64,000 nt of DNA from Eledone cirrhosa (Eukaryota), in NCBI GenBank assembly GCA_964016885.1, contig OZ024744.1, positions 14,818,001-14,882,000 on the forward strand, in the 5' to 3' direction. Below, in pieces: positions 26,901 through 40,889 of this stretch. The notes beneath the pieces are model-generated. The model did no database searches. It was not told the DNA's origin and was given only the letters and a program-made list of their open reading frames with translations. The translations under genes and the position numbers were made by a program. Position 1 is the stretch's first letter, and each line of letters starts with the position of its first letter.

Positions 26901-29900
26901 TTATGGCTGGCTCCCTCTTGTGCATTGTCTTAATATTTAGTCCTTTATTGACGGCTGGCTTCCTCTTGTGCTTTGTCTTAATATTTAGTACTTTATATAT
27001 GGCTGGCTCCCTTTCATGCTTTGTCTTAATATTTAGTCCTTTATTTATGGCTGGCTCCCTCTTGTGCATTGTCTTAATATTTAGTCCTTTATTTATGGCT
27101 GGCTCCTTCTTGTGCTTTGTCTTAATATTTAGTCCTTCAATTACGGCTGGCTTCCTCTTGTGCTTTGTCATAATATTTAGTCCTTTATTTATGGCTGGCT
27201 CCTTCTTGTGCTTTGTCTTAATATTTAGTCCTTTATTTATAGCTGGCATTTTCTTGTGTTTTGTCTTAATATTTAGTCCTTTATTTATGGCTGGCTCCTT
27301 CTTGTGCTTTGTCTTAATAATTAGTCCTTTATTTATGGCTGGCTCCTACTGGTGCTTTGTCTTAATATTTAGTCCTTTATTTACGGCTGGCTTCCTCTTG
27401 TGCTTCATCTTAATATTTAGTCCTTTATTTATGGCTGGCTCCCTCTTGTGCTTCGTCTTAATATTTAGTCCTTTATTTATGGCTGGCTCCTTTTGTGCTT
27501 TGTCTTAATATTTAGTCCTTTATTTATGGCTGGCTCCCTCTTGTGCTTTGTCTTAATATTTAGTCCTTTATTTATGGCTGCCTCTCTCTCATGCTTTGTC
27601 TTAATATTTAGTCCTTTATTTATGGCTGGCTCGTTCTTGTGCTTTGTCTTAATATTTAGTCCTTTATTTATGGCTGGCTCTTTCTTGTGCTTTGTCTTAA
27701 TATTTAAGTCCTTTAATTATGGCTTGCTTCTTCTTGTGCTTTGTCTTAATATTTAGTCCTTTATTTATGGCTGCCTCTCTCTCATGCTTTGTCTTAATAT
27801 TTAGTCCTTTATTTATGGCTGGCTCCTTCTTGTGCTTTGACTTAATATTTATTCCTTTATTTATGGCTGGCTCCTTCTTGTGCTTTGTCTTAATATTTAG
27901 TCCTTTATTTATGGCTGGCTCTCTCTTGTGCTTTGTCTTAATATTTAGTCCTTTTTTTATGGCTGGCTCCTTCTTGTGCTTTGTCTTAATATTTAGTCCT
28001 TTATTTACGGCTGGCTTCCTCTTGTGCTTTGTCTTAATATGTAGTCCTTTATTTATGGTTGGCTACCTTTCATGCTTTGTCTTAATATTTAGTCCTTTAT
28101 TTATGGCTGGCTCCCTCTTGTGCATTGTCTTAATATTTATTCCTTTATTTATGGCTGGCTCCTTCTTGTGCTTTGTCTTAATATTTAGACCTTTATTGAC
28201 GGCTGGCTTCCTCTTGTGCTTTGTCTAAATATTTAGTCCTTTATTAATGGCTGGCTCCTTCTTGTGCTTTGTCTTAATATTTAGACCTTTATTGACGGCT
28301 GGCTTCCTCTTGTGCTTTGTCTTAATATTTAGTCCTTTATTTATGGCTGGCTCCTTCTTGTGCTTTGTCTTAATATTTAGTCCTTTATTTATGGCTGGCT
28401 CCTTCTTGTGCTTTGTCTTAATATTTAGTCCTTTATTTATGGCTGACTGTTTCTTGTGCTTTTTCTTAATATTTAGTCCTTTAATTATGGCTTGCGTCTT
28501 CTTGTGCTTTGTCTTAATATTTAGACCTTTATTTATGGCTGCCTCTCTCTCATGCTTTGTCTTAATATTTAGTCCTTTATTTATGGCTGGCTCCTTCTTG
28601 TGCTTTGACTTAATATTTATTCCTTTATTTATGGCTGGCTCCTTCTTGTGCTTTGTCTTAATATTTAGACCTTTATTTATGGCTGGCTCCCTCTTGTGCT
28701 TTGTCTTAATATTTAGTCTTTTATTTATGGCTGGCTACCTCTTGTCCTTTGTCTTAATATTTAGTCCTTTATTTATGGCTGGCTCCCTCTTGTGCTTTGT
28801 CTTAATATTTAGTCCTTTATTTATGGCTGGCTCCCTCTCATACTTTGTCTTAATATTTAGTCCTTTATTTATGGCTGGCTCCCTCTTGTGCTTTGTCTTA
28901 ATATTTAGTCTTTTATTTATGGCTGGCTACCTCTTGTCCTTTGTCTTAATATTTAGTCCTTTATTTATGGCTGGCTCCCTCTTGTGCTTTGTCTTAATAT
29001 TTAGTCCTTTATTTATGGCTGGCTCCCTCTCATACTTTGTCTTAATATTTAGTCCTTTATTTATGGCTGGCTCCCTCTTGTGCTTTGTCTTAATATTTAG
29101 TCTTTTATTTATGGCTGGCTACCTCTTGTCCTTTGTCTTAATATTTAGTCCTTTATTTATGGCTGGCTCCCTCTTGTGCTTTGTCTTAATATTTAGTCCT
29201 TTATTTATGGCTGGCTCCTTCTTGTGCTTTGTCTTAATATTTAGTCCTTTATTTACGGCTGGCTTCCTCTCATGCTTTGTCTTAATATTTAGTACTTTAT
29301 TTATGGCTGGCTACCTCTTGTGCTTTGTCTTAATATTTAGTCCTTTATTTATGGCTGGCTCCCTCTTGTGCATTGTCTTAATATTTAGTCCTTTATTTAT
29401 GGCTGGCTCCCTATTGTGCTTTGTCTTAATATTTAGTCCTTTATTTATGGCTGGCTCCCTCTTGTGCTTCGTCTTAATATTTAGTCCTCTTTTATGGCTG
29501 GCTCCTTCTTGTGCTTTGTCTTAATATTTACTTCTTTATTTATGGCTGGCTCCCTCTTGTGCTTTGTCTTAATATTTAGTCCTTTATTTATGGCTGGCTC
29601 CTTGTTGTGCTTTGTCTTAATATTTAGTCCTTTATTTACGGCTGACTTCCTCTTGTGCTTTGTCTTAATATTTAGTCCTTTATTTATGGTTGGCTACCCT
29701 TCATGCTTTGTCTTAATATTTAGTCCTTTATTTATGGCTGGCTCCTTCTTGTGCTTTGTCTTAATATTTACTCCTTTATTTATGGCTGGCTCCCTCTTGT
29801 GCTTTGTCTTAATATTTAGACCTTTATTGAGGGTTGGCTTCCTCTTGTACTTTGTCTTAATATTTAGTCCTTTATTAATGGCTGGCTCCTTCTTGTGCTT

Positions 29901-32900
29901 TGTCTTAATATTTACTTCTTTATTTATGGCTGGCTCCCTCTTGTGCTTTGTCTTAATATTTAGTCCTTTATTTATGGCTGGCTCCTTCTTGTGCTTTGTC
30001 TTAATATTTAGTCCTTTATTTATAGCTGGTTACCTCTTGTGCTTTGTCTTATTATTTAGTTCTTTATTTATGGCTGGCTACCTCTTGTGCTTTGTCTTAA
30101 TATTTAGTCTTTATTTATGGCTGGCTCATTCTTGTGCTTTGTCTTAATATTTAGACCTTTATTGACGGCTGGCTTCCTCTTGTGCTTTGTCTTAATATTT
30201 AGTACTTTATATATGGCTGGCTCCCTCTTGTGCTTTGTCTTAATATTTAGTCCTTTATTTATGGCTGGCTCCCTCTCATACTTTGTCTTAATATTTAGTC
30301 CTTTATTTATGGCTGGCTCCCTCTTGTGCTTTGTCTTAATATTTAGTCCTTTATTTATGGCTGGCTACCTCTTGTGCTTTGTCTTAATATTTAGTTCTTT
30401 ATTTATGGCTGGCTCCCTCTTGTGCTTTGTCTTAATATTTAGTCCTTTATTTATGCCTGGCTCCTTCTTGTGCTTTGTCTTAATATTTAGTCCTTTATTT
30501 ACGGCTGGCTTCCTCTCATGCTTTGTCTTAATATTTAGTCCCTTATTTATGGCTGGCTACCTCTTGTGCTTTGTCTTAATATTTAGTCCTTTATTTATGG
30601 CTGGCTCCCTCTTGTGCTTTGTCTTAATATTTAGTCCTTTATTTATGGCTGGCTCTCTCTCGTGCTTTGTCTTAATATTTAGTCCTCTTTTATGGCTGGC
30701 TCCTTCTTGTGCTTTGTCTTAATATTTAGTCCTTTATTTACGGCTGGCTTCCTCTTGTGCTTTGTCTTAATATTTAGTCCTTTATTTATGGCTGGCTCCT
30801 TCTTGTGCTTTGTCTTAATATTTAGTCCTTTATTCATAGCTGGCATTTTCTTGTGCTTTGTCTTAATATTTAGTCCTTTATTTATGGCTGGCTCCTTCTT
30901 GTGCTTTGTCTTAATATTTAGTCCTTTATTTATGGCTGGCTCCTTCTGGTGCTTTGTCTTAATATTTAGTCCTTTATTTACGGCTGGCTTCCTCTTGTGC
31001 TTCGTCTTAATATTTAGTCCTTTATTTATGGTTGGCTCTTTCTTGTGCTTTGTCTTAATATTTAGTCCTTTAATTATTGCTTGCTTCTTCTTGTGGTTTG
31101 TCTTAATATTTAGTCCTTTATTTATGGCTGCCTCCCTCTCATGCTTTGTCTTAATATTTAGTCCTTTATTTATGGCTGGCTCCTTCTTGTGCTTTGACTT
31201 AATATTTAGTCCTTTATTTATGGCTGGCTCCTTCTTGTGCTTTGTCTTAATATTTAGACCTTTATTGACGGGTGGCTTCCTCTTGTGGTTTGTCTTAATA
31301 TTTAGTCCTTTATTTATGGCTGGCTCCCTCTTGTGCTTCGTCTTAATATTTAGTCCTTTATTTATGGCTGGCTCCTTTTGTGCTTTGTCTTAATATTTAG
31401 TCTTTTATTTATGGCTGGCTCCCTCTTGTGCTTTGTCTGAATATTTAGTCCTCTATTTATGGCTGGCTCCTTCTTGTGCTTTGTCTTAATATTTAGTCCT
31501 TTATTTATGGCTGGCTCCTTCTTGTGCTTTGTCTTAATATTTAGTCCTTTATTTATGGCTGGCTCTTTCTTGTGCTTTGTCTTAATATTTAGTCCTTTAA
31601 TTATTGCTTGCTTCTTCTTGTGCTTTGTCTTAATATTTAGTCCTTTATTTATGGCTGCCTCCCTCTCATGCTTTGTCTTAATATTTAGTCCTTTATTTAT
31701 GGCTGGCTCCTTCTTGTGCTTTGACTTAATATTTATTCCTTTATTTATGGCTGGCTCCTTCTTGTGCTTTGTCTTAATATTTAGTCTTTTATTTATGGCT
31801 GGCTCTCTCTTGTGCTTTGTCTTAATATTTAGTCCTTTTTTTATGGCTGGCTCCTTCTTGTGCCTTGTCTTAATATTTAGTCCTTTATTTACGGCTGGCT
31901 TCCTCTTGTGCTTTGTCTTAATATTTAGACCTTTATTGACGGCTGGCTTCCTCTTGTGCTTTGTCTTAATATTTAGTACTTTATATATGGCTGGCTCCCT
32001 TTCATGCTTTGTCTTAATATTTAGTCCTTTATCTATAGCTGGCTCCCTCTTGTGCTTTGTCTTAATATTTAGTCCTTTATTTATGGCTGGCTCCCTCTTG
32101 TGCTTTGTCTTAATATTTAGTCCTATATTTATGGCTGGCTACCTCTTGTGCTTTGTCTTAATATTTAGTCCTTTATTTATGGCTGGCTCCCTCTTGTGCT
32201 TTGTCTTAATATTTAGTCCTTTATTTATGGCTGGCTCCTTCTTGTGCTTTGTCTTAATATTTAGTCCTTTATTTACGGCTGGCTTCCTCTCATGCTTTGT
32301 CTTAATAGTTAGTCCTTTATTTATGGCTGGCTACCTCTTGTGCTTTGTCTTAATATTTAGTCCTTTATTTATGGCTGGCTCCCTCTTGTGCTTTGTCTTA
32401 ATATTTAGTCCTTTATTTATGGCTGGCTCTCTCTCGTGCTTTGTCTTAATATTTAGTCCTCTTTTATGGCTGGCTCCTTCTTGTGCTTTGTCTTAATATT
32501 TAGTACTTTATTTACGGCTGGCTTCCTCTTGTGCTTTGTCTTAACATTTAGTCCTTTATTTATGGCTGGCTCCTTCTTGTGCTTTGTCTTAATATTTAGT
32601 CCTTTATTTATAGCTGGCATTTTCTTGTGCTTTGTCTTAATATTTAGTCCTTTATTTATGGCTGGCTCCTTCTTGTGCTTTGCCTTAATATTTAGTCCTT
32701 TATTTACGGCTGGCTTCCTCTTGTGCTTCGTCTTAATATTTAGTCCTTTATTTATGGTTGGCTACCTATCATGCTTTGTCTTAATATTTAGTCCTTTATT
32801 TATGGCTGGCTCCTTCTTGTGCTTTGACTTAATATTTATTCCTTTATCTATGGCTGGCTCCTTCTTGTGCTTTGTCTTAATATTTAGTCTTTTATTTATG

Positions 32901-35900
32901 GCTGGCTCTCTCTTGTGCTTTGTCTTAATATTTAGTCCTTTTTTTATGGCTGGCTCCTTCTTGTGCTTTGTCTTAATATTTAGTCCTTTATTTACGGCTG
33001 GCTTCCTCTTGTGCTTTGTCTTAATATGTAGTCCTTTATTTATGGTTGGCTACCTTTCATGCTTTGTCTTAATATTTAGTCCTTTATTTATGGCTGGCTC
33101 CCTCTTGTGCATTGTCTTAATATTTAGTCCTTTATTTATGGCTGGCTCCTTCTTGTGCTTTGTCTTAATATTTAGACCTTTATTGACGGCTGGCTTCCTC
33201 TTGTGCTTTGTCTAAATATTTAGTCCTTTATTAATGGCTGGCTCCTTCTTGTACTTTGTCTTAATATTTAGACCTTTATTGACGGCTGGCTTCCTCTTGT
33301 GCTTTGTCTTAATATTTAGTCCTTTATTTATGGCTGGCTCCTTCTTGTGCTTTGTCTTAATATTTAGTCCTTTATTTATGGCTGGCTCCTTCTTGTGCTT
33401 TGTCTTAATATTTAGTCCTTTATTTATGGCTGGCTGTTTCTTGTGCTTTTTCTTAATATTTAGTCCTTTAATTATGGCTTGCGTCTTCTTGTGCTTTGTC
33501 TTAATATTTAGACCTTTATTTATGGCTGCCTCTCTCTCATGCTTTGTCTTAATATTTAGTCCTTTATTTATGGCTGGCTCCTTCTTGTGCTTTGACTTAA
33601 TATTTATTCCTTTATTTATGGCTGGCTCCTTCTTGTGCTTTGTCTTAATATTTAGACCTTTATTTATGGCTGGCTCCCTCTTGTGCTTTGTCTTAATATT
33701 TAGTCTTTTATTTATGGCTGGCTACCTCTTGTCCTTTGTCTTAATATTTAGTCCTTTATTTATGGCTGGCTCCCTCTTGTGCTTTGTCTTAATATTTAGT
33801 CCTTTATCTATAGCTGGCTCCCTCTTGTGCTTTGTCTTAATATTTAGTCTTTTATTTATGGCTGGCTCTCTCTTGTGCTTTGTCTTAATATTTAGTCCTT
33901 TTTTTATGGCTGGCTCCTTCTTGTGCTTTGTCTTAATATTTAGTCCTTTATTTACGGCTGGCTTCCTCTTGTGCTTTGTCTTAATATTTAGTACTTTATA
34001 TATGGCTGGCTCCCTTTCATGCTTTGTCTTAATATTTAGTCCTTTATCTATAGCTGGCTCCCTCTTGTGCTTTGTCTTAATATTTAGTCCTTTATTTATG
34101 GCTGGCTCCCTCTTGTGCTTTGTCTTAATATTTAGTCCTATATTTATGGCTGGCTACCTCTTGTGCTTTGTCTTAATATTTAGTCCTTTATTTATGGCTG
34201 GCTCCCTCTTGTGCTTTGTCTTAATATTTAGTCCTTTATTTATGGCTGGCTCCTTCTTGTGCTTTGTCTTAATATTTAGTCCTTTATTTACGGCTGGCTT
34301 CCTCTCATGCTTTGTCTTAATAGTTAGTCCTTTATTTATGGCTGGCTACCTCTTGTGCTTTGTCTTAATATTTAGTCCTTTATTTATGGCTGGCTCCCTC
34401 TTGTGCTTTGTCTTAATATTTAGTCCTTTATTTATGGCTGGCTCTCTCTCGTGCTTTGTCTTAATATTTAGTCCTCTTTTATGGCTGGCTCCTTCTTGTG
34501 CTTTGTCTTAATATTTAGTACTTTATTTACGGCTGGCTTCCTCTTGTGCTTTGTCTTAACATTTAGTCCTTTATTTATGGCTGGCTCCTTCTTGTGCTTT
34601 GTCTTAATATTTAGTCCTTTATTTATAGCTGGCATTTTCTTGTGCTTTGTCTTAATATTTAGTCCTTTATTTATGGCTGGCTCCTTCTTGTGCTTTGCCT
34701 TAATATTTAGTCCTTTATTTACGGCTGGCTTCCTCTTGTGCTTCGTCTTAATATTTAGTCCTTTATTTATGGTTGGCTACCTATCATGCTTTGTCTTAAT
34801 ATTTAGTCCTTTATTTATGGCTGGCTCCTTCTTGTGCTTTGACTTAATATTTATTCCTTTATCTATGGCAGGCTCCTTCTTGTGCTTTGTCTTAATATTT
34901 AGTCTTTTATTTATGGCTGGCTCTCTCTTGTGCTTTGTCTTAATATTTAGTCCTTTTTTTATGGCTGGCTCCTTCTTGTGCTTTGTCTTAATATTTAGTC
35001 CTTTATTTACGGCTGGCTTCCTCTTGTGCTTTGTCTTAATATGTAGTCCTTTATTTATGGTTGGCTACCTTTCATGCTTTGTCTTAATATTTAGTCCTTT
35101 ATTTATGGCTGGCTCCCTCTTGTGCATTGTCTTAATATTTAGTCCTTTATTTATGGCTGGCTCCTTCTTGTGCTTTGTCTTAATATTTAGACCTTTATTG
35201 ACGGCTGGCTTCCTCTTGTGCTTTGTCTTAATATTTAGTACTTTATATATGGCTGGCTCCCTTTCATGCTTTGTCTTAATATTTAGTCCTTTATCTATAG
35301 CTGGCTCCCTCTTGTGCTTTGTCTTAATATTTAGTCCTTTATTTATGGCTGGCTCCCTCTCATACTTTGTCTTAATATTTAGTCCTTTATTTATGGCTGG
35401 CTTCCTCTTGTGCTTTGTCTTAATATTTAGTCCTATATTTATGGCTGACTACCTCTTGTGCTTTGTCTTAATATTTAGTCCTTTATTTATGGCTGGCTCC
35501 CTCTTGTGCTTTGTCTTAATATTTAGTGCTTTATTTATGGCTGGCTCCTTCTTGTGCTTTGTCTTAATATTTAGTCCTTTATTTACGGCTGGCTTCCTCT
35601 TATGCTTTGTCTTAATAGTTAGTCCTTTATTTATGGCTGGCTACCTCTTGTGCTTTATCTTAATATTTAGTCCTTTATTTATGGCTGGCTCCCTCTTGTG
35701 CTTTGTCTTAATATTTAGTCCTTTATTTATGGCTGGCTCTCTCTCGTGCTTTGTCTTAATATTTAGTCCTCTTTTATGGCTGGCTCCTTCTTGTGCTTTG
35801 TCTTAATATTTAGTCCTTTATTTACGGCTGGCTTCCTCTTGTGCTTTGTCTTAATATTTAGTCCTTTATTTATAGCTGGCATTTTCTTGTGCTTTGTCTT

Positions 35901-38900
35901 AATATTTAGTCCTTTATTTATGGCTGGCTCCTTCTTGTGCTTTGCCTTAATATTTAGTCCTTTATTTACGGCTGGCTTCCTCTTGTGCTTCGTCTTAATA
36001 TTTAGTCCTTTATTTATGGTTGGCTACCTATCATGCTTTGTCTTAATATTTAGTCCTTTATTTATGGCTGGCTCCTTCTTGTGCTTTGTCTTAATATTTA
36101 GACCTTTATTGACGGCTGGCTTCCTCTTGTGGTTTGTCTTAATATTTAGTCCTTTATTTATGGCTGGCTCCCTCTTGTGCTTCGTCTTAATATTTAGTCC
36201 TTTATTTATGGCTGGCTCCTTTTGTGCTTTGTCTTAATATGTAGTCCTTTATTTATGGTTGGCTACCTTTCATGCTTTGTCTTAATATTTAGTCCTTTAT
36301 TTATGGCTGGCTCCCTCTTGTGCATTGTCTTAATATTTAGTCCTTTATTTATGGCTGGCTCCTTCTTGTGCTTTGTCTTAATATTTAGACCTTTATTGAC
36401 GGCTGGCTCCCTCTTGTGCTTTGTCTTAATATTTAGTCCTTTATTTATGGCTGGCTCCCTCTCATACTTTGTATTAATATTTACTCCTTTATTTATGGCT
36501 GGCTCCCTCTTGTGCTTTGTCTTAATATTTAGTCCTTTATTTATGGCTGGCTACCTCTTGTGCTTTGTCTTAATATTTAGTCCTTTATTTATGGCTGGCT
36601 CCCTCTTGTGCTTTGTCTTAATATTTAGTCCTTTATTTATGGCTGGCTCCTTCTTCTGCTTTGTCTTAATATTTAGTCCTTTATTTACGGCTGGCTTCCT
36701 CTCATGCTTTGTCTTAATAGTTAGTCCTTTATTTATGGCTGGCTACCTCTTGTGCTTTGTCTTAATATTTAGTCCTTTATTTATGGCTGGCTCCCTCTTG
36801 TGCTTTGTCTTAATATTTAGTCCTTTATTTATGGCTGGCTCTCTCTCGTGCTTTGTCTTAATATTTAGTCCTCTTTTATGGCTGGCTCCTTCTTGTGCTG
36901 TGTCTTAATATTTAGTCCTTTATTTACGGCTGGCTTCCTCTTGTGCTTTGTCTTAATATTTAGTCCTTTATTTATGGCTGGCTCCTTCTTGTGCTTTGTC
37001 TTAATATTTAGTCCTTTATTTATAGCTGGCATTTTCTTGTGCTTTGTCTTAATATTTAGTCCTTTATTTATGGCTGGCTCCTTCTTGTGCTTTGTCTTAA
37101 TATTTAGTCCTTTATTTATGGCTGGCTCCTTCTGGTGCTTTGTCTTAATATTTAGTCCTTTATTTACGGCTGGCTTCCTCTTGTGCTTCGTCTTAATATT
37201 TAGTCCTTTATTTATGGTTGGCTACCTATCATGCTTTGTCTTAATATTTAGTCCTTTATTTATGGCTGGCTCCTTCTTGTGCTTTGTCTTAATATTTAGA
37301 CCTTTATTGACGGCTGGCTTCCTCTTGTGGTTTGTCTTAATATTTAGTCCTTTATTTATGGCTGGCTCCCTCTTGTGCTTCGTCTTAATATTTAGTCCTT
37401 TATTTATGGCTAGCTCCTTTTGTGCTTTGTCTTAATATTTAGTCCTTTATTTATGGCTGGCTCCCTCTTGTGCTTTGTCTTAATATTTAGTCCTTTATTT
37501 ATGGCTGGCTCCTTCTTGTGCTTTGTCTTAATATTTAGTCCTTTATTTATGGCTGGCTCCTTCTTGTGCTTTGTCTTAATATTTAGTCCTTTATTTATGG
37601 CTGGCTCTTTCTTGTGCTTTGTCTTAATATTTAGTCCTTTAATTATGGCTTGCTTCTTCTTGTGCTTTGTCTTAATATTTAGTCCTTTATTTATGGCTGG
37701 CTTCTTCTTGTGCTTTGTCTTAATATTTAGTCCTTTAATTATGGCTTGCTTCTTCTTGTGCTTTGTCTTAATATTTAGTCCTTTAATTATGGCTTGCTTC
37801 TTCTTGTGCTTTGTCTTAATATTTAGTCCTTTAATTATGGCTTGCTTCTTCTTGTGATTTGTCTTAATATTTAGTCCTTTATTTATGGCTGCCTCCCTCT
37901 CATGCTTTGTCTTAATATTTAGTCCTTTATTTATGGATGGCTCCTTCTTGTGCTTTGACTTAATATTTAGTCCTTTATTTATGGTTGGCTACCTTTCATG
38001 CTTTGTCTTAATATTTAGTCCTTTATTTATGGCTGGCTCCCTCTTGTGCATTGTCTTAATATTTAGTCCTTTATTTATGGCTGGCTCCTTCTTGTGCTTT
38101 GTCTTAATATTTAGACCTTTATTGACGGCTGGCTTCCTCTTGTGCTTTGTCTTAATATTTAGTACTTTATATATGGCTGGCTCCCTTTCATGCTTTGTCT
38201 TAATATTTAGTCCTTTATTTATGGCTGGCTCCCTCTCATACTTTGTCTTAATATTTAGTCCTTTATTTATGGCTGGCTCCCTCTTGTGCTTTGTCTTAAT
38301 ATTTAGTCCTTTATTTATGGCTGGCTACCTCTTGTGCTTTGTCTTAATATTTAGTCCTTTATTTATGGCTGGCTCCCTCTTGTACTTTGTCTTAATATTT
38401 AGTCCTTTATTTATGGCTGGCTCCCTCTTGTGCTTTGTCTTAATATTTAATCCTTTATTTATGGCTGGCTTCCTCTCATACTTTGTCTTAATATTTAGTC
38501 CTTTATTTATAGCTGGCATTTTCTTGTGCTTTGTCTTAATATTTAGACCTTTATTGATGGCTGGCTTCCTCTTGTGCTTTGTCTAAATATTTATTACTTT
38601 ATATATGGCTGGCTCCCTTTCATGCTTTGTCTTAATATTTAGTCCTTTATTTATGGCTGGCTACCTCTTGTGCTTTGTCTTAATATTTAGTCCTTTATTT
38701 ATGGCTGGCTCCCTCTTGTGCTTTGTCTTAATATTTAGTCCTTTATTTATAGCTGGCTCTCTCTCGTGCTTCGTCTTAATATTTAGTCCTCTTTTATGGC
38801 TGGCTCCTTCTTGTGCTTTGTCTTAATATTTAGTCCTTTATTTACGGCTGGCTTCCTCTTGTGCTTTGTCTTAATATTTAGTCCTTTATTTACGGCTGGC

Positions 38901-39889
38901 TTCCTCTTGTGCTTTGTCTTAATATTTAGTCCTTTATTTATGGCTGGCTCCTTCTTGTGCATTGTCTTAATATTTAGTCCTTTATTTATAGCTGGCATTT
39001 TCTTGAGCTTTGTCTTTATATTTAGTCCTTTATTTATGGCTGGCTCCTTCTTGTGCTTTGTCTTAATATTTAGTCCTTTATTTATGGCTGGCTCCTTCTG
39101 GTGCTTTGTCTTAATATTTAGTCCTTTATTTACGCCTGACTTCCTCTTGTGCTTCGTCTTAATATTTAGTCCTTTATTTATGGTTGGCTTACTCTTGTGC
39201 TTTGTCTTAATATTTAGTCCTTTATATATGGCTGGCTCCCTCTTGTGCTTGGTCTTAATATTTAGTCCTTTATTGACATCTGGCTTCCTCTTGTGGTTTG
39301 TCTTAATATTTAGTCCTTCATTTATGGCTGGCTCCCTCTCATGCTTTGTCTTAATATTTAGTCCTTTATTTATAGCTGGCTCCCTCCCATGCTTTGCCTT
39401 AATATTTAGTCCTTTATTTATGGCTGGCTCCCTCTTGTGCTTTGTCTTAATATTTAGTCCTTTATCTATGGCTGGCTCCCTCTCATGCTTTGTCTTAATA
39501 TTTAGTCCTTTATTTATAGCTGGCTCCCTCTCATGCTTTGCCTTAATATTTAGTCCTTTATTTATGGCTGTCTCCCTCTCATGCTTTGTCTTAATATTTA
39601 GTCCTTTATTTATGGTTGGCTACCTCTCATGCTTTGTCTTAATATTTAGTCCTTTATTTATGGCTGGCTCCCTCTTGTGCTTTTTCTTAATATTTAGTCT
39701 TTATTTATGGCTGGCTCCTTCTTGTGCTTTGTCTTAATATTTAGTCCTTTATTTCTGGCTGGCTTCCTCTTGTGCTTTGTCTTAATATTTAGTCCTTTAT
39801 TTATGGCTGGCTCCTTCTTGTGCTTTGTCTTAATATTTAGTACTTTATTTATGGCTGGCTCCCTCTCATGCTTTGTCTTAATATTTAGT
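11915..39889. repeat. Tandem satellite, 48-bp unit TTTAGTCCTTTATTTATGGCTGGCTCC(T/C)TCTTGTGCTTTGTCTTAATA, about 28 kb and about 580 copies, inside the 33.2-kb AK7 intron 11357-44579
   Basis: Read directly. The 16-aa periodicity (FSPLFMAGSFLCFVLI) in the ORF track reflects the unit, and 47/49-bp variant units shift the frame. Both ends of the array are visible. Confidence 0.99.
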
Positions 39890-40156
39890 GCTTCATGTAA
39901 TGTCTGAGTGAGACAAACATTTCTTTCTATTCCAAATTTCTTTAAAATGTCCTTCCTGACCCTTCCTATGTTTTGAATGTGACTTATTCTTTGCTATTAT
40001 TAGTAAAACAATCTTAGCGCCCTGATCTTTTATAATCATACCCACCCTCCCCCACTCACCCCCATAGCACAGTCAATGAAAAAGGAGAATGCCATCTTGG
40101 AAACCTAACCAATCACCTACACCACCGCACATGCCAAATATCGCTGACTGTAAAAT

Positions 40157-40807
40157 CACCACCATCATCATCATCATTTTACGTCTGCTTTTCCCTGCTT
40201 GCAAGGGTGGGATGGGTCCTATTCAGCACAGCATCTCTCCACTTGTCCCGCTCCTTTGTCATCTCCTCCGTGAGTTTCAGCGATCTGAGGTCTGCTCTCA
40301 CCACCCATGTTTCTTGTGGTCTTCCTCTACTGCGTCTTTCCTCCACTGGGACTTCCTGGCACTTCTTTACCCAGCGGTCATCCTCCATGCACATCACATG
40401 TCCATACCATCACAGTCTTCTCCCCCGCACACCACAACTTATCCCTCTTATACACAGTTTCTTTCTCAACCTGTCTATGTTTGGTCATTCCCGCACATTG
40501 ACATTACACATCCAACGGAGCATACTTGCTTCATTTCTCTCCAGTCATCACATATCCTCTGCAGTTGCTGCCCATGTCTGACTACCATGCAGTATCGCGC
40601 ATCTCACACAGGCATCATATAACCGCCCTTTCATACGCAGGGAGAAACCCTTCTTCGCCAACAAAGAAAGCAGGTCCCTAAACTTCTTCCAACCTGTCCT
40701 TATTCTTGATACTATGGCCTCGGAAACCCCCCCCCCCCACTCCAATGCTAATCTGATCTCCTAGGTACCGGAAACTATCAACCACTTCTATATCACCGAT
40801 CTGCATT
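40157..40807 (-). mobile_element. 5'-truncated RTE-clade LINE (C-terminal part of RT plus 3' end), pseudogenised, with a candidate 8-bp target-site duplication TGTAAAAT
   Basis: Peptide IEVVDSFRYLGDQIS / RIRTGWKKFRDLLSLL...KGRLYDACVRCAILHGSQTW...WYGHVMCMEDDRWVKK...RSRGRPQETW with stops and frameshifts, and a (GAT)n tail. TGTAAAAT occurs at 40149-40156 and 40808-40815. Confidence 0.9.
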
Positions 40808-40889
40808 TGTAAAATGTGTCTAACACTATTCATAATAAAGAAAGTGACAATGGAAACACCCAGCCCACACAGCATCCAGCACCTGAATT

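Noticed and set aside
24226-38998. Lys-rich minus-strand repeat peptide (KTKHKKEPAINKGLNI) as a giant exon or histone-H1/protamine-like protein
   Set aside because: The common GGCTAC variant creates TAG in this frame, frameshifts are frequent, and the flanking AK7 exons join in phase without it.
11831-39907. Dozens of long hydrophobic ORFs (up to 825 aa) that look like multi-pass membrane proteins
   Set aside because: They are translations of a 48-bp unit that happens to lack stops in one frame. They are antisense within an AK7 intron, are broken by 1-bp indels, and variants are mostly non-synonymous.
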